A stretch of 64,000 nt of DNA from Dicyema japonicum (lineage: Eukaryota; Animalia; Dicyemida): positions 1,080,868-1,144,867 of the forward strand of contig RDEW01000015.1 in assembly GCA_011109175.1 (NCBI GenBank). Reading direction: 5' to 3'. Shown here one piece after another: positions 1 through 12,479 of the stretch. Position 1 is the first letter of the stretch, and the number at the start of each line of letters is the position of its first letter. Both the position numbers and the translations under genes were made by a program. Under the pieces are notes generated by a model. It was not told the DNA's origin, searched no databases, and saw only the letters and a program-made list of their open reading frames with translations.

Positions 1-39
1 TGTTTATTGTTATATATTAACTTTTTCGTAAATTAACTA

Positions 40-2010
40 ACAATAAAATATTATTTATTAACTAAGGGGGAGATCGGCTGCTGACATTACGGAGTAAGCG
101 TTTCTGCGGACAACTGCGATCCCAATTCATTGCCCCAGCCAGACTACTTCCCACACGTCTTTCTTGCGGTGGGCAAATTTTCCCCTAATTTCATTCAGGA
201 AAGAGGCTGTAATACTTCTGGCCGCACCAGACGTCTCGATTGCCACTGGTACAAAGCGGTCCCAATTTCGCCATATTTTTTAATCTTGATTTTCTCGTCC
301 AGATCTGCTGCCGATTTAGCGGACTGCACCGAGCTGAGTATCATCGAATTCGAGACAGAATCCACAACAGTGCAGTCCCATACGAGCGATTTTCCCTTAG
401 TGAACGGAAAGATAGTTAACCTATCCGGTCTTTTCCCGTCTTTGCAGTCCAATCCCACAGGCTCCAGTAATCTACTGCCGGGAATCCTGCCGCTTCAAGA
501 GCTCGCATGACAATGTTGTTCATAGCAGCATGGCAGGTACTCCTTTTGCACGAGAGCGGATGCAGTTCTTTGGCATCGACGATCCCTCCACAACGACATT
601 GTGTTCGACGCAAACATCAACTTCCAGGCATTGTGTGATCCCAATCCGAATACAGTCATCTTCCAAAAGGGTCCCCAGGGAGGAATACCGGAGTGCATCC
701 AGCCACGTTCCGCTCCCATGGTTGGCGGTGGACACGAGACATGCAAGACGATGCTGGTTGGCCTCAGACTTTAGCACGTCGAAGACTTTTTCCCAAGAAC
801 GTCCAGTTGGAAAACGTAGGATATCTTGGACCAAAAGGCTTCCACTTGAGAGCGATGACGCATTTGCTGAAAAGGCGATCTCCAGCGCCGATTTGAGACC
901 CGTACCTCCGAGGCGTGTAGGAAGCTTACATTGATTTTACGTCAAAGTGGATGTTTAGAAGCAATTCAGCTGATTTTCTCAATGCCCTATTTAGTAACAG
1001 GAGGATGTCACGATGTTTGAAGCAGGGAGAACATCGGAGAGTATTCTTCAAAAGGAAGAACGCTGTATGAGCTAGAGTAAGGAGAGTTTCTTTGTAACTC
1101 TAGAGAGTTCATCCTCTTTTGTTAGTAGATGGCTCCGTAGTTTCTTTTCGTCAAGTGGGCACCCAAGAAAGTATACCCGCTCCCTGGGTACGACGGTAAT
1201 TCCAGGTAGTACCGAGTTGAAAGACTCGACCACGTTGATAAAATCACTCTCAGAGTATGTGATATTTATTAGCTCCGATTTTTTATATTTATCTCAAGTC
1301 CGAGGTTTCATAGTGCCGGCACAGCATGTGCAGAACGTCATAAACTTTTCTCCACGGTCCTCCAATCGTCGTCATCAAGATACCAGAGGTTTAGTTGTAT
1401 GTTGATAGAGCGGACAATTTCATCGATGGCCAGAGCGAAGAGAAGTGGACCAAGTGGGTCCCCTTGTTGGACTAGTCTCCGAACAGATAATCTTGTCCCC
1501 GAAAACCAGTGAAGAATTGGTTCGTAAGCGAGGTAGACAAGTGGAATAAGTTCCGGGGCTCGTTTTCTTGTAGTTTCAAAAATTTGATCCCCTCAGTGAA
1601 TTGAAGGCATTACAGATGTCCAGCTTGACCCCAATGTGTGGGATTCGTCTTTCTGTCCAAAAAACATCTCGCAGCATGCACTGCCGCCTGCATCCGTTCC
1701 TTACACCAATCCCCATTAGAGGGGAAATTCTTTAGATATTTTGTCAGACAATACTGCATGCGATTTTCGCTGTCAGTCTTTGAAATAGTTGCCGATCACG
1801 ATGGCGCGGACCCCACCTTCGGGTTTTTTGAAGGCCAGTAGATGTGCACTGAAAAGAAGCTCCCTTGCGTGAGAAGGAATATCTCCGTTCAAAATGCGCA
1901 TAACCAGTTTTGTAATTGATTTGATAAAGTTGCAGCCAGCTTCTGCGGTACCCCCGCCGTAAGATCCTTGATGTGACCTGGCCGCAAATTTTCTCGTTGG
2001 TTAAATAAAG
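40..2010 (-). mobile_element. CRE/SLACS-like non-LTR retrotransposon (RT plus restriction-like endonuclease), 5'-truncated, frameshifted
   Basis: Minus-strand fragments PGHIKDL (RT start), PDRLTIFPFTKGKSLVWDCTVVD (REL nuclease) and terminal IGIAVVRRNAYSVMS; AT-rich 3' tail near 40-65. Confidence 0.85.
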
Positions 2011-2972
2011 CTGAGTTTAAAAATTTAGGAATTTTCAAGCCTTAATAACGCCCCAAAAATTAATTTTTTAATTTATAAAACCCACAATTTTTATTTGAAA
2101 ACAACAGAAGTTGGTAACAAATCACACTAAGAGACAGTGAAAGTCGCCTCTGACTATGGTCATTCCGAGGTGATGTGAAAACCATCTCCGTTTGAGCAAA
2201 GTTGTGCAACAATCGCCTTTTCCACTTACGAAACTTATTTGAAAGAACAGTTAATAATTATGAATAAATTATCGTGCATCCACAGTTTTTTGGACGCGAA
2301 CATCTCATATTGTTGAGATGTCAAGGTTTTGAAACTTGTGCTTCTGAATGATCCAAGAACATTTGATATAAAAATACTTTTCTCAGTTTATCTTTGTCAG
2401 GATCTTTAAGTCTTGGATCAGTATACAGAGAATGATGAATACCTGGTTGGTAAAAAGAGAACTCACTAATTAGAAATCATTGTTTTATTATTTAGGATTC
2501 ATTTTTAAAACAAAAATCTCAATCTGTTTTTAACTAATCGTATTCTTTCCTCCCAAATGTTGAAATTCGTCATACAGGGGTGGATATTATCTAACAATAT
2601 TAAGTCGAACAATTATATGCTATTTTAAGGGTCATTTTTATGATTCTGTAGCCAATAAATATGTATGAATTGGGTAAAATGAAAACCAATGTTCTGAACA
2701 GTGTCAGACGCATACAGGTTTTGGGTTCAAATCTCGTCTGGCAGAAAAAATTAAGAAACTCTGTGGATCATGTTTATATGTTAGCAAAAACTCCACGTAT
2801 AGTTAGAAAGACTAAATACATGGTTCCATTACATATTGCTTATCCCACACTCATTTTTATATTTTTTACTAGTTTATCCATCCAACTGTAGAAAAGGCAG
2901 TGAAATTAAGAAGTGACTACAACTAAACCAAGTAATGTTTGTAATAAAAAAACAAAATTAACAAATAATAAA

Positions 2973-5175
2973 CTATTTAAAATATGACCTAACCGAATTC
3001 ATTAATTTGTTAAACTGTAAATAAAAAATAAAGTATACCCCATTATTAGCCTTTTCATACAATTCCTCATAAATAGCCAGTTGTTCACTCACAACATCTT
3101 AGAATAATGCAAAATTTTACCATTTTTATTTCGATCACCAGTAGAAATTCTAAAACAAATTATATAAAGGAAAACAATTGAAGTTGTCTTTCTAATCTAG
3201 CACGAGTATCAGGTAAAGACATATCTATACCAATGTCACAATAGCCTAAATTTATAACAAAAATATACCATTAACTAAAGCCATACCTAATTTTCCTGGC
3301 AAAAAACGCATTTCTTTCATTCCAACATATGAACGGCTTTTAATTTTCTCAATATGGTCTGCATGAGTAGCATCCGTGCCTTATTTATATGAAAATTATA
3401 ACCAATTTCATGCTTTTCCATTAAAGCAATAAGCTCACTTTCTGTTAAAAGCTGAGGAGGCATAGTTTTACCCTCAACAAAATAAAAATAATATTATTAT
3501 ATACTTTGATATCATCGGGGATAAATGTTGTATTCTCCTCAAAATTAGGAAGTTCTTTTCCATACCATTTCTGATAAGGATATACATCCAAAAAGTTTCG
3601 TTCAATAATAACTAACCCACTTGTTGTAAACTACAATTAAATATTATATTCAAACAAGTTCACCATTGGCTTCCACAATTACTTTTGTTTCGAACCCCTT
3701 AGCATCACAAGAAAGACACGCTAGAAAATGTCGGGTAATTAGTTTGTATAATGTCCTTTGATCGTCTTGCAGAACATCTCCACTTTTGGTCGGATGAATA
3801 GGGGGATGTGCTTTGTCGGTTTTATTTCCATTATTAGGATTTACTCCAGTTTGTAGTAATTTAGAAGCAAAGTCTAATGGTTCGTAAAAAGACAACCTCC
3901 CCAATCGGGGTCTCCGAGTTGATGTTTCACACAAGCATTCAGATCTAGACCTTCAGGAAATTGATTTGTCTCAGTTCGCGGATATGAAATGAATCCCCCG
4001 TTGTACAACTTCTCAGCTATTGTCATCACTTGCTTTGCCGACATTTTCAACTTTGAACAACCAAGTTTTTCTAACGCCTTTAAAGTAAATTGATTTAAAA
4101 CCACAGTGTCCAAAGCAAGTGGTCTCTTCTTAGTAACAGACTTTTTTTCAACCGATTTGACCAAGACATCTTTCTAAACTATACCATAAACGAACCTCCG
4201 AACAATGTTTTTGAAGTGCTACAACAACATCCTTATCAAAAATGCGTCCTCTAATAATTTATTTTGTAAAAAATAACCTTTTCCAATGGAAAACAATTTC
4301 CATGTCATCTACTTTTTTAAAAACTATAATATTTATTATAATAACTATTAATTGTCCAAAATGGTTCAGAAATAAAATTTTGAATTTCTTTATATCTTTT
4401 GACTACAAACCCAAGAGTCGGGAATTGACAGGGTCCGTAACTGATCATTTGGCCTTTTAAACATGGAATATTCACGTGTAAATTAATTGTCTGCATCCTT
4501 GTGAAAGCTGAACCAATCCTTAGATCCAATTCACATCTGCAATTCACTGCTTCTACCAAGTTCATATTTATAGTCTTTAAATTTTTAATGGCATTGTTCA
4601 CAGCACTAAGAATTAAATGAAACTCAACAGTTCTGTTATTTCGGAAAATCTGGCCCTCTTTACATTGAGATTTGGTTTGACTAAAAATATTATTAAGCAA
4701 ATTGTAAATTAATGATAAATATACCTCTTAGACAGACGTTTACAATTTCATTTCCTATATGTTCACCTTCCCTATCGCAATCCGTCCAAATTATAAGCTG
4801 AGAGCAAGTTTGCACTTGTTTTTCCAACATTTTCTAAAATAACAACCATTAATTACTTTTAAAATTAAGTTATAATTTGTATAACACACAGAAATTGGAA
4901 GATGAAATAAATCACGTGGGTTGGTTTTATTCCAATTTTTGTAAGATTCATTAAAATCAAAATGTGTTAAGTGACCACTCACAGAAGTCATCAACATTTG
5001 AACATTTTGTCCCATGAGATTGTAATGGAATTCATAAATCATATTATATTTTGCTTCCGTCTTTATCTAATGGTAATTAATATGTACAAACTAATTTACT
5101 GTTAGATTTTGACATGATTTTAGATAAACATTTTGCTGCGTCATTCTTTTCGGCAACATTCAATATTCTCATCAT
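2973..5175 (-). CDS. TOP3A: DNA topoisomerase III alpha, multi-exon with tiny introns
   Basis: Starts MMRILNVAEKNDAAK; MTSVSGHL, ELDLRIGSAFTRMQT, ISYPRTETN, AHPPIHPTK, RHFLAC motifs; C-terminal end inferred from a splice model ending FNKLMNSVRSYFK*. Confidence 0.93.
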
Positions 5176-5349
5176 ATCAATCAAACAACGCGCGATTTTA
5201 AAAATTTTACCATTAATACTTAAAAATAGTAAAATTAATTTATATTAAATTAGTAAATGTCATCCAAATTTCATTCTTGAATTATTTAAAATAATATTGA
5301 ATCTTTTGTGGTTCACTTAACCTCTGTACCTTTGACTCGGTCTGGTGTT

Positions 5350-6330
5350 ATTATTGTTCTAGACTATTGATTCTCTTATGTACCGACATCGAAACAAACC
5401 TTGATCCACGTGGAGACTTAATAATTGTACAACTAAATGGAATCAGAAGGAAGATTCTGGAATTTCGGACTTTTCTCTCCGAATTGGTCTTCGATCCTTC
5501 ACTCTGTTTCAACAGACAAGTGGAGGAAGTAATGACAAAAGCCAAGCGGAAACTTAACATATTACGGGCAGTAGCTGGCCACTCAAACGGTCAGCAAAAA
5601 GAAAACTTAACTCTTCTCTACAAACAGTTCATCAGGACTACACTCAACTACGCCTCACCAAGTTGGGCCCCTCAATCTCCTTGTCCCTTTCTCAAGAACT
5701 GCAGAAAGTGCAAAACTCGGCGCTGAGAATAATAACTGGCTGCTTAAAGTCAACCCCCACCGACCATTTACATTGGGAGTCGAAAATCCTCCCGCTCTAT
5801 GACCACCTGGAAATGCGTAATTTACAATTCCTACGGCAGTCGTTCGACCCGAATCACCCAGTTCACGCTCTGCTAAGTAACAATAACCGCAGATACATAC
5901 GCAGGACCCTCTTTGACCTACAAAGAGCCTTGTCGAAGATCACCCCCCCTCAAGAAGACTCAACTTGGACCCGCCGAATCCATGATTTCATCTCAACACG
6001 GGCCATTAGGACACTTCAATATAACAAAGTCTTGGAGCGCTTCCCCCCTGATATCAGTCCAACGGAACAATCGCTCCCGAGGAAGATCAGAATCGGACTG
6101 GCTCGCCTACGATGTGGACACCACCCTTTTCTGGCTGGCAGAGTAGTTCGGGACCTTTTTCCCTGCCCTGGACCACCGGATGCAAAAGTCGAGGATCTCT
6201 GGGAGCGGCCTGTCCGGACTGCACGCTCTCTGATGGTCGCCGGCTTCCCACTTGCTGGCGAAGCCGGGGTTAATAATTTAATTTATACAGGATCATAGGT
6301 CACTACTCAAGGAAGCTACGAGGGAAGACC
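5350..6330 (+). mobile_element. 3' fragment of Jockey/I-group LINE ORF2
   Basis: LVFDPSLCFNRQV, YKQFIRTTLNYASPSWAP, LQKVQNSALRIITG, LARLRCGHHPFL, EDLWERP. Confidence 0.85.
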
Positions 6331-6599
6331 ACAGACGATTGCGGGAACTGGGATCACCTAACTGTTTGAAGTTTTTTTCTGTCTTTCCTTCCCGGTGATT
6401 CCAGGGTTCTAAATAAATTTGGCAACTGTAACTTTTAAAATTTCCACGACAATGTTTATCTACAATGACGAAAGTGACGGGGATCTATTGGAGCTACCTT
6501 ATTTCCAATCTCTTACTTAATAGTCACTGGACTCTAAAATGATGGTAGGTTAACTCGACTAACTAATTCAGCTACGATTTCTCTACATCAAGAGCACTC

Positions 6600-8910
6600 A
6601 ATTTTTTTGTGGCTGGTTGGATCTAACCAGAGAAGCTTGATTGTGGATAAAAAATTAATTATTTTTAAACAAGCTACAGAGGAACTGATAAACAACATCG
6701 TGAAACGGAGAAAATTTCAAGACAACATGAAGCAACACACATCACAACTAAATATGGAAAAAAGACCAGACATTCTCCTGGAAAAGTTGGTTAAACAGGC
6801 CGCGACGGATACTATCGGCTACAGAAGTACACTACGCAAATTATGCTTCAAAACTAAGAAAAATGTCATAGCGCACAAGAAACATCCGCCTTAGAATTGA
6901 AAATTGCTGTCTGAACACCAAAAAAGAACTAAGGAATCAACGAAACAAAATCCTTCATGAAATAAGAGTCCGACCACGTCTATATGGAAGAAATACTTAG
7001 ACGAGAAGGCTACCGAAATTGAAAAGCTTTCACCTGAAAGTCAAATGTTCATGGCTGTGCGTTGCTTAATCGGGGTTCCCGAAATTCCAAAAAATCGATA
7101 TGAGATGAATCGGAACACTTAATATTTTATGATGGGGACAAAGCCTCACGAATTGCTGACCACTTTCAGAATCAATTCCAAACAGATGATACCTAGCACC
7201 CACGCTTATTGGGCATCTGCGGAGCTTGTCAAGCGAAATAACACATTTGGAGGTCCTAGAAGCATTTTATTATATGAACGACAACAGAGTTGCAGGATGT
7301 GATCAAGTCCCAGGGGAATTACTCAAATACGCTCCCGATAGTCTGGCGAGTTTCTTCGCACAAATACTGAACAAGGCTTTTTCATTACAATTCCCGCTTC
7401 CAATCTGGACCGAAATATTAATACCTGTTCATAAACCGGGCAAAAGAAGGGGACCCTTCGGAAGCTTAAGACCTATTGTGATAGTCACCACTCTAAAGAA
7501 AACTCCATCGACTATTGTTCGAGGCCGTCTATCAATGTCGATCGATCGATATCTCTATTACGGTGGTTTCAGGCCTGGAAGATCCACAGCTGATGTTGTC
7601 TGGAGCCATCGCTGGATCACTGCAATATATCAGAAGTACAAACGAACCTTTCAAATCCTGGAATCGACATGAGCAAGGATTTTGATAGCATCAACAGGAG
7701 TAAATTATTTATCGTGTTGAAAGAAGTTGTTGATTAAGACAGTCTGCGCATGATACATTTTATTTATCATCTACCTGGAGGCAGCTTTGAGAGATCTAAG
7801 AGAACAAATTGGATGACTGGACGACCACTTTATGGAACTCATTTACGCGGATGATGTCGATTTCGTCGCGGAAGATCGGGAATTTATATACGTTACTATG
7901 GAGAAAGCGAAAAATGGTCCCTCAAAGTCAATGAAGACAAAACTGAAATAACCACTATTGAAAGAACGCCAACCCGCGTTGAAGAGAAGTGGACCACCCC
8001 AAAATTCGGATCACTACTTGGGGATTCAGAAGATATCACACGACGAAAAATATTGGCCACAATAGCACTTAAAAAATTACAATCCATTCTTATGAGAAAG
8101 AATCAAATTTCTACTAAGATGCGATTACGCCTATATATTGGATTTGTCCGACCAGTCCTCATGTACAACGCAGGGAAACATCAAAGAAAGAAGTACAATG
8201 ATAATAATATTAATAACACCAGAGACCACGGTCATACAAACTAACTAATCACGTGATCCCAGCACGCTCTAGCAGGGAGCTCATCTTGGTCCGATGCTCC
8301 TCCCTCGGCCCCACACAAGCACGTATCGGTCGAGTGACTGGACCTTCGCAGTCACGACGGCGAGTTCCATGGTTCACTCGTATCAAATCTTCAGGAGGCA
8401 TTGGTGGCTGTAACTCTTCAGAAATCCAGCGTTCCGTGATTTTGGAGGCTCTTTTCCGGCTAGCCTCGATCTTCAAGACATTCGTCCAAGAGATGAGGAA
8501 CATCAAAGATAGACATGGAACAACTTGACTCGTTTCACAGAAGCCAACTAAGAAAACTCCTTGGATACTCTTGGCCAAAGAAAATCTCAAACAATAAATT
8601 ATACAGACTGACTGATTGTGGACTAATAAGTTTGAACGTACTTGAAGCCCACTGGCGCCTTTTTGGACATATTTTATGGATGGGTGAGCAGACACCATGC
8701 AATGCCGCCGTGGAAGAATTTTTCGGCCGAGTTTATCTCCTGCATTCAGAGGACGTCCAAGAAATTGTCATCCAAGGTCACTTGCAGAGGATTATGCAGT
8801 GGACAAATTCAGGAGACAAGCACGACGACGAAATGGATAATGAAAACTAACGGAAAGGATAGTCGAAAAACATGGCACAAGCGAAACCATAGTGTTATCT
8901 GGTAATGTGG
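6600..8910 (+). mobile_element. Degenerate RTE-clade LINE
   Basis: GCDQVPGELLK, GFRPGRSTADVVWSHRW, YADD codons near 7845, LDSFHRSQLRKLLGYSWPKKISN, WRLFGHILWM. Confidence 0.85.
8188..8498 (-). mobile_element. 5'-truncated LINE 3' end nested in the RTE copy, with 11-bp TSD
   Basis: aacatcaaaga repeated at 8177-8187 and 8499-8509; homologous to the LINE end at 46480-46790 (KIEASRKR..KITERW). Confidence 0.8.
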
Positions 8911-8949
8911 ATGTGCTTTAATTAACTTTTTTAGAAGAAATACATATAT

Positions 8950-9036
8950 TAACAAAAAAATATTATTTATTAATTATGGGGGAGAGCGGCTGCTGACATT
9001 ACGGAGTAAGCGTTTCCGCGGACAACTGCGATCCCA
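8950..9036 (-). mobile_element. Very short CRE-like 3' tail copy
   Basis: Near-identical to 45-123; encodes GIAVVRGNAYSVMSA. Confidence 0.75.
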
Positions 9037-9109
9037 TTAATAAACTAACAAGATTTGTGTTATAATTGCTTGTTTTTTAGAGAATTTTTTATTAAAAATG
9101 ATAAGGACA

Positions 9110-9420
9110 AAACATTAGTTAGCTGCCGCCCTCACTGCGTGGCTGTTTCCTCTCAGAATTGAAAGCGAAATTCGCTCAAACAGCCAGCGGCGTTCGCGGA
9201 GATCTCCATTATTATTAAACCCAGGCTTACCATTGTAAGCCCAGCACAAACAGTCATAACTAACTAATCCAAGGAAGGAACCAAAGGGAGAACATCTGCT
9301 TGTGCCGACCAAATCCATCTTCCAATACTTCATTACAGGCTTCCGAAGAGAAGTGGAGAAGTAGGTCCGCCCTCTTCCATATTTGTCCCACGTCCTACCG
9401 TCGCAAACATCACTTCATTC
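9110..9420 (-). mobile_element. CRE-like 3' end, second subfamily
   Basis: DLRERRWLFERISLSILRGNSHAV; homologs near 38450, 52150 and 57380. Confidence 0.75.
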
Positions 9421-9584
9421 TTTAGCGGAATAGTTTTCATAATGCAATCTTCATCAGAGGAGATCTCCATTGCATGAGGTGATCGCTTATTTTATTACGA
9501 GATTATTGAAAACCTTTGAACTTATTTAGAAATAAAAAACTGAATTGACAAACTAGTTTATTGAATAAAAGTAAAATGAAGATT

Positions 9585-10966
9585 CTATAAATTTTGAGTG
9601 ACTCTGGCGGTGTGATCAACTGAACAGGTTATCATGTTTACCTTACCAATAGGATCACTAAAAATAAATAGAAACAAAAAACCTAAAAATATAAAAATCA
9701 GTAATAGCATCATTATGGGATTGAAGAATTTTACCAATACTTCCAGTCAATGCCATTATCATATAAACCTTACCACATGAAGTCGACACAAAGCACGTGT
9801 CATCAAAAATTAATAGTTTAGTGAGACATATCTATATCACAACATTAATTATTACTTGTAAATCAATCTGATAACGGATTTTAGAATGAGTTATATCAAA
9901 ACATGTAAAAACTCCAGAATTTAAAGCACAAATGAGTAACTCTAAATCATTTCTAGCAATTATCAATTCCAATTACATTCTGGCAAATTTAACTCCCTCG
10001 ACAGAAGGATCCCCATCTGTTTCAATTCTGTACTCGTTTTTTATCTTAAACTTTAGTGAATAAATACTTTGTCTGGAATTAGTAGTAATCTAACAATCCC
10101 AGACTGAAATCCAACAGCTATAAGTTGTCCGTTACTATGCCAATCTAAACTTAAAACACCATCCTCTATATTTGTGAAAACTAACAACATACGGTGTGCT
10201 AAACTGGAATTAAAGGTCCAGCGAGCCATATAATTGATAGAAGCACAGTCTTTAGGATTTCCACTGAAATCCAAAACTACAACAGGTCCATCATCATATC
10301 CCATTACAAATCTTTCAATATCTTAAATACAAAAAATAAAAAACCAGACGAATAATAATATGGTAAGGCTATAGAAACACTACCACCCACACATGGAAGA
10401 CAAGTAGTTTCCTGGCTTATCAAATTGATCAACCATACTATCCCGTCACTACATCCAGATAATATCTCCCTTCGATGAGGTACCCACATACACCACAAAG
10501 TCATAATTAAATTTTACAAGTAAAGTTTCAGAAACATTAAAGGAGTACAAAATAGATCCATTATCAACTCTCCATACTTGTATCTTCCCCAGCATGTCGG
10601 CGGTTAGCAATGCATTTCCATTCTCATAAAATTCAGCGGAGACCACAGAATCAATGTGTCCTCAAATAACCATATGTAATTACCACCACATATAAATTTA
10701 ACTGAACAGTCACAAATATTCCAAACAATTGCAGAATCATCGCCTGATCCAGTCACTGCAAGTCCAGCAGACAATAATAGTGCTAAGCAGTAAACTTCAT
10801 CTAACAATGAATGACTTATAATACTTGAGTGTCCGGAGAATTCACGATTATATTCACAATTTAATGATTCAACACTGTCTCCACCATTTGAAATGTATTC
10901 ATCTTCGACAATCTCTAAATTATCAATGTCGATTTCATTGAAATCATATTCGTCACCAGAAGACAT
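9585..10966 (-). CDS. AAMP: WD40 protein, AAMP/Sqt1 family
   Basis: Acidic N-terminus, then WD repeats: LAVTGSGDDSAIVW, HIDSVVSAEF..LLTADMLGKIQVW, ILSGCSDGIVWL, IAVGFQSGIV; ends TCSVDHTARVTQNL*. Confidence 0.85.
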
Positions 10967-11040
10967 CACTTGACAAATTAAAATAAAATATTGACTAAAA
11001 TTAAAATATTTAATAAAGTTAAAAACAAAAATTATTTTTT

Positions 11041-11480
11041 GCTATGTGGTTCGCCAATTCTGAGAGCATGTTCCGAGGACGGCACCTAATGTTTCTCCTA
11101 AGGAAACCATTAATCATTTACCTTCTGGGATACTCTTCCTGGCGATGCGCACTATAATCCTCAACTACCAAGAAAGAAGTGCAAGAGGTGGGCTACTGTC
11201 TTACAGTTAAGCATCAATGGGACAAAATTTTAGAAATACACTCTCCTTTGTCGGAGCCGAAGATCTTTCTAAACTATGGATTTTGTATGACAAGAAAGTT
11301 TTCATTAAGATTAGATATCTTATTTCACTATCCACATAATATGTGGACATGCTGGATTTGTCACCATCACATGTCATTTGTAATCTGATAGCTGTCATAT
11401 TTTGTCGCGTCCCGCCCGGGTTACCCATCTAGTGCTGGTTACATTTCACCTGTCAATCGATATGTCACCTGTCGTTCAAT
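11041..11480 (+). mobile_element. Decayed 5' end of an APE-LINE (structured leader, 2A-like remnant, APE motif I)
   Basis: In-frame LPGDAHYNPQLP...VLQLSINGTK parallels LAGDIELNSGLPLPILQININGIK at 18477. Confidence 0.55.
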
Positions 11481-11899
11481 CAATATTAATGGGTTTTTAA
11501 TCAAAAATCAAAGAATTTATTTTTTTAAAGTCTTTATTTTCATGACTCAACTCATGTTGACTATTTTCAATTCTCTTGATCCTGCCTTAATCTGTGATAA
11601 AAAATTAAATAAACCTCTATTCGGTTGTTCGACAAAATTTAAGTAATTTTACTTGGCTCTTCATATGGAGATTCAAATCTGCTCAACTTTAGCGATTCCT
11701 TTAAAAACTCGTATCTAAATTTATTCACTAAAAATACCTCATTTCCAGTAGAAAAATCATATTTTGATTGATGAATGTTCATTCTTTTGTTCATCCGCTT
11801 AAAATAGGATGAACTTAGATTTGTTGGAGAAAAATTAAAATCAAAATGATCTGAATCTTAGTTTTCTAGCAGACTTTATACAATAAATACCTGAAACAT

Positions 11900-12420
11900 C
11901 TGAAATATGTTCCACGTCAACATCCTCAGATGATAATGTCTGCCTGGAATCGTTCATCAGGTCTATTGGCAGTCACATGGTATTTAGAATCGGAAATCTA
12001 TTATATAAATTAATTTTCTACTTTAAGTGGAGTAGAAAACTTGCAAATTGTGCACTCTTGACAATTCTTTCAATAATTTTCTGTTTTATTGAAAATAGGA
12101 GTGCAAACACTCTTGCTGCAGTTTACATATCCTCGAATGACTATTTCTATGGATAGACTCCGCAATAGTTCGCATTTCAGACTCGTTATCCATGCAAACA
12201 ACTAGCCTGTGTTTTTCAAATTTTTCGTCTTTGAGGAATAATCGACCATCAATGACAATAAATTTCTCGGATTTTTTCATTAATTTGTATTTCGGTTGTT
12301 TTGAATATAGATAGATAGATAATTTTATTAACATAACAAGATGTCTGTACAGGATCACCATTTAGAATGCTCAGTATGGATTGATATTCTAATATTATTT
12401 GACAAAGCCTATTATTATCA
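11900..12420 (-). mobile_element. Remnant of a retroviral-type integrase (HHCC zinc domain), Gin/Ginger- or Gypsy-like
   Basis: IAESIHRNSHSRICKLQQECLHSYF, then across a frameshift ERIV..CTICK. Confidence 0.5.
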
Positions 12421-12479
12421 TAGAGATAAACATTTATGGAGCACATGTTGAATATTTATGAATAACGGCAAAAGATATT

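Noticed and set aside
66-123. GC-rich repeated 58-mer (also 8980 and 21290) as a ribozyme or ncRNA
   Set aside because: Its reverse strand encodes the CRE C-terminal motif GIAVVRxNAYSVMSA, so it is a retroelement coding end
2130-2930. Additional small gene downstream of TOP3A
   Set aside because: Plausible micro-introns on both strands, but no consistent ORF or recognisable domain
5305-5352. cacttaacctctgt resembling the CORE-SINE domain
   Set aside because: Match is too short and has no tRNA head
9120-9210. Apparent three-way-junction RNA repeated at 38450, 52150 and 57380
   Set aside because: Conservation is explained by coding (WLFERISLxILRGNSHAV); there is no CUGANGA hammerhead core
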